From assembly GCA_027315165.1 (NCBI GenBank), contig DAHUYN010000003.1:27990-91989 (forward strand): 64,000 nucleotides of DNA, in the 5' to 3' direction. Both the position numbers and the translations under genes were made by a program. The notes under the pieces are model-generated. The model saw only the letters and a program-made list of their open reading frames with translations, was not told the origin of the DNA and did not search any database. Positions 8,685-17,950 of this stretch are shown here, one piece after another. Within the stretch, counting starts at the first letter, position 1; each line of letters begins with the position of its first letter. This DNA is from Thermoplasmata archaeon (GTDB lineage: Archaea; Thermoplasmatota; Thermoplasmata; Lutacidiplasmatales; UBA184).

Positions 8685-9830
8685 GTGATTCGGTTCGGAC
8701 CTGCAGGGATACCCCTCTCCTGTAAGGGTCGCACCCTCCGGGACGGGATCGCCGACGTCCACCACCTCGGCCTCACGGCGATGGAGGTCCAGTTCATCAA
8801 GGTGAACCCGCTCACGCGCGTCGTCCTCGACGAGGAGGTCGGCAAGACCCCCCGCGAGCTCGTCCAGCAGCTCGTCGTCGGCGTGGGCGGCAAGGAGGAC
8901 CGCCCGGACGAGCCGAGGGCGGCGGCGATGGTCGAGCCGCTCAAGCGGCGCGACACGCTGACGACGCTCACCTGGAGCCTCGCCAAGGACTACCCCGACC
9001 TCCAGCAGACCAAGGCGCTCGCCCGCGCCCTCGACGTCGACCTGACGCTCCACGCGCCGTACTACGTCGACTTCTTCGGCAGCTCGGAGGCCCGGGAGCG
9101 GTCGGTCCGCCAGCTGCAGTGGGCGACCGTCCTCGCCGAGGGGCTCGGCGCGCGCCTGACGGTGACCCACCTCGGCTTCTACGGCCCGATGGAGCGGGTC
9201 GAGAGCGTGCGCGAGCTCACCGAGATCGCCCGCGGCGTGACCGAGTGGATGCACGCCTACACGAAGGGCTCGGTCCGGCTCGGCATCGAGCCGAGCGGCC
9301 ACCCCGATGTCTTCGGCTCCCGCGAGGAGGTCCTCGAGCTGGCCCGTCGTGTCAAGGGGATCGTGCCGGTGCTCAACCTTCCGCATCTCGCCGCGCGCGA
9401 GCGGACCACCTTCGAGGACCCCGAGCAGCTCCGGCCCGTGATCCAGCAGTTCGTCGAGGCGAGCGGCGGCGAGCTCTACCTCAACTTCTCGGGGGTCGAG
9501 TTCTACGGCCCCGGAGAGTTCCGCCTCGCCCCGATCAAGCGAGGGCAGCTGCGGTTCGATCCTCTCGCGGAGGTCCTCGCGGACCGCGACTACGACGTCA
9601 CCGTCATCTCGAGCTCGCCGCTCCTCGAGCACGACGGGATGTACATGAAGCTCCTCTACGAGCGCTCGCTCACGCGACGCTGGACCCGCCGGCACGCTCC
9701 GTCGGCGGCGAAGCCGGCGCGGCCGCCCGCCGCGCACGCCAAGCCGGCGGCCCGTCCGCCGGTCGCGGCCAAGCGCCCGGTGGCGGCGACGGCGAAGGGA
9801 GGACGGTCCCATGGCCACCGTGCCCGCTAG
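8685..9830 (+). CDS. Endonuclease IV-like TIM-barrel protein (AP endonuclease family 2)
   Basis: IRFGPAGIP, LHAPYY, VTHLG, TVISSSPLLEHD; basic low-complexity tail. Confidence 0.8.
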   Translation: MIRFGPAGIPLSCKGRTLRDGIADVHHLGLTAMEVQFIKVNPLTRVVLDEEVGKTPRELVQQLVVGVGGKEDRPDEPRAAAMVEPLKRRDTLTTLTWSLAKDYPDLQQTKALARALDVDLTLHAPYYVDFFGSSEARERSVRQLQWATVLAEGLGARLTVTHLGFYGPMERVESVRELTEIARGVTEWMHAYTKGSVRLGIEPSGHPDVFGSREEVLELARRVKGIVPVLNLPHLAARERTTFEDPEQLRPVIQQFVEASGGELYLNFSGVEFYGPGEFRLAPIKRGQLRFDPLAEVLADRDYDVTVISSSPLLEHDGMYMKLLYERSLTRRWTRRHAPSAAKPARPPAAHAKPAARPPVAAKRPVAATAKGGRSHGHRAR

Positions 9831-10380
9831 CGGGACGACGTTCGCCCCCGCCGAGCGCTACATCGGCGAGCGCGTCACCGCCTCCCTCGCCGCCATCGAC
9901 CCCGCGACGATCGCCTTGGTCGTCACGACGCTCCTCAAGGCGCCGGCGATCTTCGTCTACGGCGCGGGCCGCTCGGGGATCATCGGGCGCGCCTTTGCGA
10001 TGCGCCTCGTGCAGACGGGGCTCAGCGCCTACGTCATCGGCGAGAGCGTGACGCCGATCGTCCGCCGCGGCGACGCGGTGTTCATCCTCTCCAACCGCGG
10101 CGAGAGCCAGTCGTCGATCCAGACCGCGAACATCGTCCGCCGCGAGGGCGCCGAGCTCATCGTCGTCACCGCTCGCTCGACCTCGAAGCTCGCGCACGCG
10201 GCGAGCCGGCTCATCTCCCTCAACCTCGCCGAGGACGCCGAGCGGCCCCGCTACGCGCCCCTGGGCACGCTGTTCGAGTCCGCCTCGCTCCGTCTGACCG
10301 ACGCGCTCATCGCGGAGATCCTCGTCGCGCGCGGCGAGAGCGAGGAGACGATGCGGAGCCGACACGCCATCATGGTCTAG
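9811..10380 (+). CDS. 6-phospho-3-hexuloisomerase-like SIS-domain protein
   Basis: FVYGAGRSG, AFAMRL, YVIGESVTP, APLGTLFE. Confidence 0.88.
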   Translation: MATVPASGTTFAPAERYIGERVTASLAAIDPATIALVVTTLLKAPAIFVYGAGRSGIIGRAFAMRLVQTGLSAYVIGESVTPIVRRGDAVFILSNRGESQSSIQTANIVRREGAELIVVTARSTSKLAHAASRLISLNLAEDAERPRYAPLGTLFESASLRLTDALIAEILVARGESEETMRSRHAIMV

Positions 10381-10472
10381 CGGCGCCGAGACGGCGCGGC
10401 GGTTCGGCGTCGGGGCTCCCGGCCCGTCCGTCGGGACCAACCTTTAAGGTCCGCTCGTCCTCGCCGGCGCTC

Positions 10473-10973
10473 GTGCCCAAGCGCGAGGCCTCTGCCGGGG
10501 CGACGCTCGTCCCCGTTCCGACGCGGTTCTTCGTCACGAGCGGCAAGGGGATCAACAAGACGAGCGAGCTCAACGCCTTCGACCTCGCTCTCCTGCAGGC
10601 CGGCATCGGGGAGCAGAACCTCGTCTCGGTCTCCTCCGTCCTGCCGATCGGGGTCCGGCAGGTCGAGCGGGCACCGATCGCGCGCGGCGCGATCACGCAC
10701 TGCGTCCTCGCCCGACATGGCGGAGGCGAGGGCGAGGTCATCAGCGCCGGGATCGCCTACGGCTTCCGGGCCGACGGGCAGGGCGGCTACGTCGCCGAGG
10801 GCCACCTCCACGGGACCCAGAAGTCGCTCAAGGAGTTCCTCAAGTGGCGCATGCAGGAGATCGCGCACTTCCGCGGCGTCGAGCTCCGCCGGATCCACTA
10901 CCGGACCGAGGAGCTCGTCATCCCGATGGACCACTACGGCGTCTGCATCGCCGCCTGCGTCTTCCTCCCGTAG
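10473..10973 (+). CDS. pdaD: Pyruvoyl-dependent arginine decarboxylase
   Basis: LNAFDLALLQAGIGEQNLVSVSSVLP with Ser-Ser cleavage site; CTTTAAG box about 30 bp upstream. Confidence 0.92.
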   Translation: MPKREASAGATLVPVPTRFFVTSGKGINKTSELNAFDLALLQAGIGEQNLVSVSSVLPIGVRQVERAPIARGAITHCVLARHGGGEGEVISAGIAYGFRADGQGGYVAEGHLHGTQKSLKEFLKWRMQEIAHFRGVELRRIHYRTEELVIPMDHYGVCIAACVFLP

Positions 10974-10997
10974 GGCCGCGACGCCGGCAGGGCCCGG

Positions 10998-11333
10998 CTA
11001 CAGCAGCTTACGGAACAGGAGCTTGTCCTCGAGGCGGCCGTCGATCGTGAGCTTGCGGAGGACGATCGCCTTCATCGGCCCCACCTCCTTGCGCACGAGA
11101 CCCTCGAAGGTCGCGCGGTCCGTCGTGATCGTGAGGTCGGCGTGCTCGGCGACGCCCGTCCTCAGGTTCTGGAGCCGTCCCTCGCGGAGCTCGACCGAGT
11201 AGCTCGCCTCGTCGGTGAGGCGCACGACAACGGTCCGCGAGAGCTGCGCGAGCTCCGCCTGGACCGACGGCGTCCTCGCGGCGTGGGCGTTGAACCGCTC
11301 GACGAGCGAGGCGAGCGTCTCGGCGACGGTCAT
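10998..11333 (-). CDS. SCP2 sterol/lipid-binding domain protein
   Basis: ADLTITTD, GPMKAIVLRKLTIDG; ATGA coupling with rnhB. Confidence 0.85.
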   Translation of the reverse strand: MTVAETLASLVERFNAHAARTPSVQAELAQLSRTVVVRLTDEASYSVELREGRLQNLRTGVAEHADLTITTDRATFEGLVRKEVGPMKAIVLRKLTIDGRLEDKLLFRKLL

Positions 11334-12016
11334 CGATACGCCTCGAGCGGCGGAGCCGGGCCGCGCGGCTTAAGGTTTCGGACCGTCGCCCAGCTGCTTC
11401 GCACCCAGGGCGGGAGCGTCGACGCAGAGGCCAGGAGCTCGGAGAGACAGGCGCGCGTCTCGGGATCCCCCGGGTAGCCCGAGCCGAGAGGGAGCGACGT
11501 CGCGAGCGCGAGGCGCGCGAGGGCGCGGTCCCGGGCGACCTTCGCGAGGATCGACGCGGCCCCGACGATCGGCAGGTCGCGGTCCGCGTGGTGTCGGGCG
11601 ACGACGGCCTGAGGGCCCCGTCGTGCGAGCCGCGCGACGGTGCGGCCGAACCGCTCGGCGACCGGGTCACAGGCGTCGAGGAACGCCGTCACGGGACGCG
11701 CTCGCCGGACGATGTCGGCGAAGACCTCGGCCTCGAGGTCGTTGAGGCCGCGACGACGCACGTGGGCGTCGATACGGGACGGCGGGATCGCCGCCACGAA
11801 CGGCGTGCCGAGCCGTCGAAGCTCGCGGTCGAGCTCGACGCGCCTCGCGGGCGAGAGCTCCTTGGAGTCGCGCACCCCGAGCCGCTCGAGCTCCGGCAGC
11901 GACGACGGCGCGAGCCGGAACCCCGCGACGACGAGCGGTCCGAAGACGCTCCCGCGACCCGCCTCGTCGACGCCGAGGATCCCCGACACCGCCGGGCTCT
12001 TGGGCGAGGGCGGCAC
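11330..12016 (-). CDS. rnhB: Ribonuclease HII
   Basis: GVDEAGRG, GVRDSK, AASILAKVARD, GSGYPGD. Confidence 0.96.
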   Translation of the reverse strand: MPPSPKSPAVSGILGVDEAGRGSVFGPLVVAGFRLAPSSLPELERLGVRDSKELSPARRVELDRELRRLGTPFVAAIPPSRIDAHVRRRGLNDLEAEVFADIVRRARPVTAFLDACDPVAERFGRTVARLARRGPQAVVARHHADRDLPIVGAASILAKVARDRALARLALATSLPLGSGYPGDPETRACLSELLASASTLPPWVRSSWATVRNLKPRGPAPPLEAYR

Positions 12017-12037
12017 GCCCTCGCGAGGGGCGGGAAC

Positions 12038-12047
12038 GCCTTAAGGC
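12038..12047. promoter_or_regulatory. Palindromic TATA-like box, probably bidirectional
   Basis: GCCTTAAGGC centred about 26 bp from both divergent start codons (12016 and 12068). Confidence 0.65.
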
Positions 12048-12067
12048 TCGCCCGGCTGGACCGAGGG

Positions 12068-12961
12068 ATGACTCTCGGGGGCGTCGTCGTTCCGACGCCG
12101 ACTCTCTTCGACGCGGACGGCGGGCTCGCGTCCGAGGCGAACGCGGCCTTCCTCGAGGGGCTCGTGCGCGAGGGGATCGACCACCTGTTCGTGCTCGGCT
12201 CGCTGGGCGAGTTCGCGGCCGTCGAGGACGCGGAACGGACCCGGCTCCTCCGCGCCGCCGTGTCGGCGCTCCGCGTCGGGAGCGACCTCTGGGTCGGCGT
12301 CGGGGCCCCCTCGACCGCCCGCGCGGTGCGCTACGCCCGAGAGGCCGAGGCGCTCGGCGCGGCCGCGGTCGTCGCCGTGCCGCCCTACTACCTCCGGCCC
12401 ACCGACGCGGAGATCGCCGCCTACTACCGGGCCCTCCACGAGGCCGTGCGCCTTCCGCTCCTCGCCTACAACATCCCCTCGAAGGTCGGCTACGCCCTTC
12501 CCAAGGAGCTCGTCCATCGCCTGGCCCGCGAAGGGGTCCTCGCCGGGATCAAGGACACCGCGGGCTCCCGCGAGAGCCTCGCCCGCTTCCTCGGCGGCGC
12601 GCCGAGCGGGTTCGCCGTCCTGCCCGGCGATGACGGCCTCGCGCAGTGGGCGATCGGCAACGGCGCCGTCGGCGCGGTGATGGGGACGGCCAACGTCGTG
12701 CCGAAGCTGGCCCGCGCGCTCGTGGCGTCGACGCGGGACGGTCCGGCCGCGCGCGCCGAGTCGCTGCAGGGTCGGGTCGAGCGCCTCGTCGACGCGGTGT
12801 TCTCCGGCCCGTTCCCGGCGACCGTGAAGTTCCTGGCCCACCGCTTCCGCGGGGCCCCGGAGGGCTACCGCGCCCCGTACGGCCCCCTCACGCCTTCCGA
12901 GGTCGACACCGTCCTCGCGAAGTTCCGTCCCCTTGAGGGGGAGCTCGCCGAGTTCCGCTAG
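12068..12961 (+). CDS. Dihydrodipicolinate synthase family aldolase, probably 2-keto-3-deoxygluconate aldolase
   Basis: GSLGEF, VPPYY, YNIPS, GIKDT; adjacent to glucose dehydrogenase. Confidence 0.85.
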   Translation: MTLGGVVVPTPTLFDADGGLASEANAAFLEGLVREGIDHLFVLGSLGEFAAVEDAERTRLLRAAVSALRVGSDLWVGVGAPSTARAVRYAREAEALGAAAVVAVPPYYLRPTDAEIAAYYRALHEAVRLPLLAYNIPSKVGYALPKELVHRLAREGVLAGIKDTAGSRESLARFLGGAPSGFAVLPGDDGLAQWAIGNGAVGAVMGTANVVPKLARALVASTRDGPAARAESLQGRVERLVDAVFSGPFPATVKFLAHRFRGAPEGYRAPYGPLTPSEVDTVLAKFRPLEGELAEFR

Positions 12962-12964
12962 CCC

Positions 12965-14056
12965 ATGCGCGCGATCGTCGTTGAGCCCCCGACCCCCGGA
13001 GCCCGCCTCGAGGACGTGCCGGACCCCGAGCCGCATCGGGGGGAGGTCGGCGTGCGCGTCCTCGAGTGCGGCGTCTGCGGCACCGACCGGGACATCGTCG
13101 CCGGGCAGTACGGGACGCCTCCGACGGGGAGCCGTCGGCTCGTGCTCGGACACGAGAACCTGGGCGCGGTCGAGGCGGTCGGCCCCGGCGTCGCCGGATG
13201 GAAGCGCGGCGACCTCGTGGTCGCGACGGTCCGCCGCGGCTGCGGCCGCTGTCGCTTCTGCCTCACCAACCAGTCCGACCTCTGCGAGACGGGCGGGTTC
13301 ACCGAGCGCGGCATCCGCGGGCGGGACGGCTACTTCGCCGAACGCTACTCCGAGGGACCCGAGTACCTCGTCCATGTCCCGGAGGCGCTGCGGGCGGTCG
13401 CGGTCCTCCTCGAGCCGCTCAGCGTCGTCGAGAAGGCCTACCACGAGGGTCGGAGCGTCCTCGACCGCCTGGGTCCGACCCCGGGCCATCCGCGGGAGAC
13501 CCCGCCCTCGGCGCTGGTCTCGGGGACCGGCGCGATCGGGATGCTCGCGAGCTTTTTGCTCCGCAGCGAGGGCTACGACGTCGTCGCGATCGACCGGCAC
13601 GGCGAGGGGACGCCGGCCGCGGCGCTCCTTCGTCGGATCGGTGCCGAGCACGTCGATGCCGCCGGCGGACTCGGTGCCCTTTCCGGCCGTCGGTTCGAGA
13701 TGGTCCTCGAAGCGTCGGGGAACGCGCCGCTCGACTTCGACCTCCTGCGAGCCCTCGCCCCGAACGGCGTCCTCGTCCTCACGGGGATCCCGCCGGCGGA
13801 CCGTCCGCCGATCTCGCTCGCCGCCGGCCAGGTCCTGCGGGACCTCGTCCTTGCGAACCAGGCGATCGTCGGCAGCGTCAACGCGAACCGCAGCTATTTC
13901 GAGCTCGGGATCCGCCACCTCTCCCGCTTCCGCAAGGCCTGGGGGGACGCCGTCGCGCGCGTGATCACATCGCGTCACGCTCTCGACGAGGCCCCCGCGC
14001 TCCTCGCGGACCGCGGCTCCGGCGCGATGAAGAACGTCCTCACGATCGCGCGCTAG
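12965..14056 (+). CDS. Zn-dependent glucose 1-dehydrogenase
   Basis: CGVCGTD, LGHE, VRRGCGRCRFC...C, LLEPLSVVEKA, GSVNAN. Confidence 0.9.
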   Translation: MRAIVVEPPTPGARLEDVPDPEPHRGEVGVRVLECGVCGTDRDIVAGQYGTPPTGSRRLVLGHENLGAVEAVGPGVAGWKRGDLVVATVRRGCGRCRFCLTNQSDLCETGGFTERGIRGRDGYFAERYSEGPEYLVHVPEALRAVAVLLEPLSVVEKAYHEGRSVLDRLGPTPGHPRETPPSALVSGTGAIGMLASFLLRSEGYDVVAIDRHGEGTPAAALLRRIGAEHVDAAGGLGALSGRRFEMVLEASGNAPLDFDLLRALAPNGVLVLTGIPPADRPPISLAAGQVLRDLVLANQAIVGSVNANRSYFELGIRHLSRFRKAWGDAVARVITSRHALDEAPALLADRGSGAMKNVLTIAR

Positions 14057-14071
14057 GCCGTCGCGCGCCCC

Positions 14072-14320
14072 TCAGCGTACCGGGCGCGTCCCGCTCAGCA
14101 CGGCGAGGATGCGTCGGGTAAGGAGGAGTTGACCCGCGACGAGACCGGCGAGGAGGATCGCATACGTCGCCGCGAGGAGAAGCGAGGGCTCGCGGAACGG
14201 AAAGCCCGCGGGAGCGAGCCCGCTCCACGCGAACAGCAGCAACGCGCCTACGGCGACCGCGAGCCACCCCACGAACCCGGGTCGGCCCCAGACGCTCGGC
14301 GGACGGACGGGTGCGGTCAT
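14072..14320 (-). CDS. Small two-helix membrane protein
   Basis: 82 aa, two hydrophobic segments; CTTATAC box about 30 bp upstream on minus strand. Confidence 0.65.
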   Translation of the reverse strand: MTAPVRPPSVWGRPGFVGWLAVAVGALLLFAWSGLAPAGFPFREPSLLLAATYAILLAGLVAGQLLLTRRILAVLSGTRPVR

Positions 14321-14462
14321 CCGGACCCCGAAGGGACGGACCGGTATAAGGCCGCGGCGTCGGGGCGTACCGACGCGCCGGCGGGGCCCGGCGCGCGATC
14401 AGGGCCCGCAACGCGGTAATCTCTTATAGCGCGCCCAACTCCGAGCGACCCACCTCGGGACC

Positions 14463-14864
14463 ATGGGGATCTGGCAAGCACGCTCGCGACGCAAACCGAC
14501 CGGGGGCCGGCTGAGGCCCATCCGGAAGAAGCGGCGCTTCGAGATCGCCCGTGAGCTCCAGCAGGCCGTCGTCGGCACGGGGACGGTGAAGCGCTACCGG
14601 GTCCGGGGCGCCAACCAGAAGCTCCGCATCCTCACCGCGAGCACGATCAACGTCTTCGACCCCGCGACGAAGACGAACAAGGTCGCGCAGATCGTGACCG
14701 TCCGCGAGAACCCGGCGAACCCCAACTACGTCCAGCGCAACATCATCACGAAGGGCGCGATCGTCGAGACCGACCTCGGGCTCGTCCGCATCCGCTCGCG
14801 CCCGGGCCAGGACGGCGTCCTCAACGGGGTCCGCCTCGCCACGCCCGCGGCCACGACGAAGTAG
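14463..14864 (+). CDS. rps8e: 30S ribosomal protein S8e
   Basis: RSRRKPTGG, RKKRRFEI, NPANPNYVQRNIITKGAI, SRPGQDGVLNG. Confidence 0.98.
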   Translation: MGIWQARSRRKPTGGRLRPIRKKRRFEIARELQQAVVGTGTVKRYRVRGANQKLRILTASTINVFDPATKTNKVAQIVTVRENPANPNYVQRNIITKGAIVETDLGLVRIRSRPGQDGVLNGVRLATPAATTK

Positions 14865-14885
14865 GCGCGCGGCGCTCTCCGCGGG

Positions 14886-15185
14886 ATGCCGGACCACTTC
14901 TTCGTCTACCCGGCCTATCTCGACCGGGGCCTGGCCCGCGCGATGGGCCGTCGGGTCCCCGCGGCCGAGGGCGTCACCGAGGTGACCGTCGACGAGATCG
15001 TTGCGGCCGCGCAGGCGCTCGGTCTCAAGGCGACGGCCGAACCCGACAAGCAGTACCCGAGGACGTTCTTCACCTACGGCGGCCGGGTGCGGGTCGCCAA
15101 GCGCGAGGGCGTCACGAAGGCGGGCTTCCTGCGGGAGCTCGCGCAAGAGATCGCCCGGCGCCGAGGGACGGCACGGAAGGGCTAG
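14886..15185 (+). CDS. srp19: Signal recognition particle protein SRP19
   Basis: VYPAYLD, GRRVP, KQYPR, GRVRV. Confidence 0.93.
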   Translation: MPDHFFVYPAYLDRGLARAMGRRVPAAEGVTEVTVDEIVAAAQALGLKATAEPDKQYPRTFFTYGGRVRVAKREGVTKAGFLRELAQEIARRRGTARKG

Positions 15186-15980
15186 ATGGAGGAACCGGGG
15201 ACCGTCTACTTCACGGGCACGGCCGGGGCCGGCAAGACCCGCCTCGTCCAGGCCTACCAGTCCTGGATGAAGTCCGCCGGCTACGACGCGATCACGGTCA
15301 ACCTCGACCCGGGGAACGAGTCGGAGAAGTTCACACCCGACGTCGACATCCGCGAGTGGGTCCGGCTCTCGGACGTGATGGACGAGTACGGGCTCGGTCC
15401 GAACGGGGCGCAGGTCGCCGCGAGCGACCTGATCGCGATCCGCATCTTCGAGGTCAAGCAGGCGGTCCAGGAGCTGAAGACCGACTACGTCCTCGTCGAC
15501 ACGCCGGGCCAAGTGGAGCTGTTCGCGTTCCGCGAGTCCTCGAAGGCGATCGTCGACGCGCTGAGCGGGGACCGCTCCGCGATCGCCTTCCTCTTCGACC
15601 CGGCGCTCGCCAAGAGCCCGAGCGGCTTCGTCTCCCTCCTCCTGCTCTCGGCGACGGTGGAGTTCCGCTTCCGCCTCCCGATGGTGAACCTCCTCTCCAA
15701 GGTCGACCTGCTCACACCCGAGCAGCGCGAGGAAGTCACCTCCTGGGGGGACGACACCGAGCAGCTCCTCGCGGCGCTCGACCGCGATGCGCCGACGCCG
15801 GACGTCCAGCTCTCCTCCGAGACCCTCCGGGCGATCTCGGCGCTCTCCCCGCTGGCTTCGCTGCTCCCGACCTCCGCGGAGGACGGGAGGGGGCTCGAGT
15901 CGATCTACCAGGCCGCCCAGCGGATCTTCGGGTCGAGCGAGGACATCGAGCCTTCGCAGGCGCCGCCCGAGGACCCCTAG
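15186..15980 (+). CDS. GPN-loop GTPase
   Basis: GTAGAGKT, VNLDPG, GLGPNG, DTPGQ, SKVD. Confidence 0.95.
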   Translation: MEEPGTVYFTGTAGAGKTRLVQAYQSWMKSAGYDAITVNLDPGNESEKFTPDVDIREWVRLSDVMDEYGLGPNGAQVAASDLIAIRIFEVKQAVQELKTDYVLVDTPGQVELFAFRESSKAIVDALSGDRSAIAFLFDPALAKSPSGFVSLLLLSATVEFRFRLPMVNLLSKVDLLTPEQREEVTSWGDDTEQLLAALDRDAPTPDVQLSSETLRAISALSPLASLLPTSAEDGRGLESIYQAAQRIFGSSEDIEPSQAPPEDP

Positions 15981-16414
15981 TGCCGCGACCACAAACGTCG
16001 TCGGACGTTGTGGGGGCGGCCTGATCGCTTCCGATTGAGCTCGCGCATTGCACCTTGGATCGCGCCGCCGAGCTCGCGCCAGTCACGGTGGTCGGTCCCC
16101 GTCAGCGCAATCTCCCGGATCGACCGGAAGTGAAGCGGTGGGTGCTACGTCACCCGCGATTCCACTTCCACTTCGTCCCGACGAGCTCGTCGTGGCTGAA
16201 TCCGGTCGAGCGGTGGTTCAACGACCGGACGTACCGTCAGATCCGTCGGGGGACATTCCACAGCGAGTGGAAGCGGATCGACAGGTTGAAGCTCTACCTC
16301 GAGAGGTACAACGAGGTTCCTCGACCCTTCCAGTGGAGAGCCACCGCGGACGAGATTCTCATCAAGGTCACTTGGAACCGGTTAAACGTAGGTCTGGCGG
16401 GTACGGCGCACTAG
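15977..16414 (+). mobile_element. Internally deleted IS630-family element remnant
   Basis: Encodes only the transposase C-terminus (RFHFHFVPTSSSWLNPVERWF...IRRGTF...PRPFQW); CTAG at both ends; inverted CTAGTGC ends; lower GC than flanks. Confidence 0.85.
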
Positions 16415-16417
16415 GGG

Positions 16418-16720
16418 CTATTCCTCGGTGAAGAACAGGCCCATGCCGGCCGCGGCGGCCTCGTCCTCGTCCTTGAACCGGCGGTAGAGCGTCTCCGCCT
16501 CGTCGTGCGGCGGCTTCTTCCCGATCGCGGCGAGGAGCGAGTCGGCCCTCGCGAGGGCCGACTCGGTCCCCTCGAGCAGGACGTAGAGCTCGCCCGCGGG
16601 TCCGCCCGTGGCGGCGGCGTCGCGGACCTTCTGGCTCTGGCGGGAGACCTGGTCGTCGGCGAGCGCCTGGTCGAGCTCGGACTTCTTCGCCGTCGGCACG
16701 AGGTAGAGCAGCCAGGCCAT
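16418..16720 (-). CDS. Hypothetical 100-aa protein with P-stalk-like C-terminus
   Basis: Host codon usage; CCTAAG box about 25-30 bp upstream; ends KDEDEAAAAGMGLFFTEE. Confidence 0.85.
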   Translation of the reverse strand: MAWLLYLVPTAKKSELDQALADDQVSRQSQKVRDAAATGGPAGELYVLLEGTESALARADSLLAAIGKKPPHDEAETLYRRFKDEDEAAAAGMGLFFTEE

Positions 16721-16767
16721 CGCCGGGCGGACCCGTCGGCGCTCTTAGGGGTTTCGCGTCGCGCGGC

Positions 16768-17868
16768 TCAGATCCCGAACGACGAGCGGGCCGCCATCAC
16801 CTTCGGGTCCTCGAGCCCCATCACGTCAGGGTTCCGCCCCTCGGAGACGGCGAGCCAGTAGGCCAAGAGCTGGAACGGGACGACCTGGAGGACGGGCGCG
16901 GGCAGGCGTCCGGGTGGGGGGAGCGAGAGGATCCGTTCGCCGCCCGGGCCCCCGCTCGTATCGACGAGGAGCGTCTCCGCACCGAGCAGCCGGGCCGCGT
17001 GGAGTCCCTGGAGCGCCCGGTCCCGCTCGAGCGGGGTCGACGAGATGGCGAGGACGCCGGTCCGGTCGGTGACCGAGGGAAGTACGCCGTGCAGGAGCTC
17101 CTCGACACCGACGGCGGCGCAGAACCGCCCCGACGCCTCTCGGAGCTTCAGCGCGGCCTCGCGGGCGGACGGCTCCGCCTCGCCCGACCCGACGAGGAGC
17201 AGCTGCTCCTTCGGGGCGAACCGCTCGACCATGTCGACGACGGGGTTCTCGGTCGCGAGCGCGGCCGTGAGCGCGTCACCGATCGCCTCCTCGGACCTCT
17301 CCGTGTCCCCCGGGGCGTGGGACCACGTGTCGACGAGCGCCGTCGTGGTGACGAGCGCGGCCGTGAAGCTCACGGTGTGCGTCCAGGAGGTCTCGTCGGC
17401 GTACTGCGTCAGGAGCACCCGGTCCGCGAGCGCGTGCGACGGTCCCTCGGGGTGCGAGGTGACGAGGAGCACGCGGACCTTCTGCTCGCGGAGCCGCTTC
17501 TGGGCCTCGACGGTGGCCGCCGTGTCGGCGCCGGCGGAGAACACGACCCCGACGGCCCCGGCCGCCGGTGTCCTCACGGCCTCGAGCAGGTCGAACGAGG
17601 AGAGCGCCGCGACGCGGCCGACGGCGCCGAGCGCCCGTTCGGCGCTGAATCCCGCGGCGAGCGCGGCATGGTACGAGGTCCCCTGGCCCACGAACAGGAG
17701 CTCGGAGGTCGGCGCCGGGAACGGCTCGGACGCGAGCGCCTCCGCCGTGGCGCGGTAGGAGCCGCGGGCGGCGACGGCCTGCCGTCGGATCATCTCGTGC
17801 ATGAAGTACGGATGTCGGGTCCGCCCGAACGGCGGCTGCGGCGTCTGGGGGCCGGGGAGCGTGACCAT
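16768..17868 (-). CDS. Double-SIS-domain sugar-phosphate isomerase/deaminase (GlmS C-terminal-like)
   Basis: MHEMIRRQ, FVGQGTSYHAA, THTVSFT, AREAALKLRE, EELLHG, GRNPD. Confidence 0.85.
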   Translation of the reverse strand: MVTLPGPQTPQPPFGRTRHPYFMHEMIRRQAVAARGSYRATAEALASEPFPAPTSELLFVGQGTSYHAALAAGFSAERALGAVGRVAALSSFDLLEAVRTPAAGAVGVVFSAGADTAATVEAQKRLREQKVRVLLVTSHPEGPSHALADRVLLTQYADETSWTHTVSFTAALVTTTALVDTWSHAPGDTERSEEAIGDALTAALATENPVVDMVERFAPKEQLLLVGSGEAEPSAREAALKLREASGRFCAAVGVEELLHGVLPSVTDRTGVLAISSTPLERDRALQGLHAARLLGAETLLVDTSGGPGGERILSLPPPGRLPAPVLQVVPFQLLAYWLAVSEGRNPDVMGLEDPKVMAARSSFGI

Positions 17869-17950
17869 CGCGACGGCACACCCGGCCGCCCCCATAGCAG
17901 GTTCGGGCCCCCACGCAACCCACTTACGGGCCGGCCGGCTCGACAGCCCC

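Noticed and set aside
14320..15186. SRP RNA near srp19
   Set aside because: No non-coding space of about 300 nt and no recognisable helix motifs.
16055..16414. Functional transposase
   Set aside because: Lacks the DNA-binding domain and the first catalytic residues; treated as a remnant.
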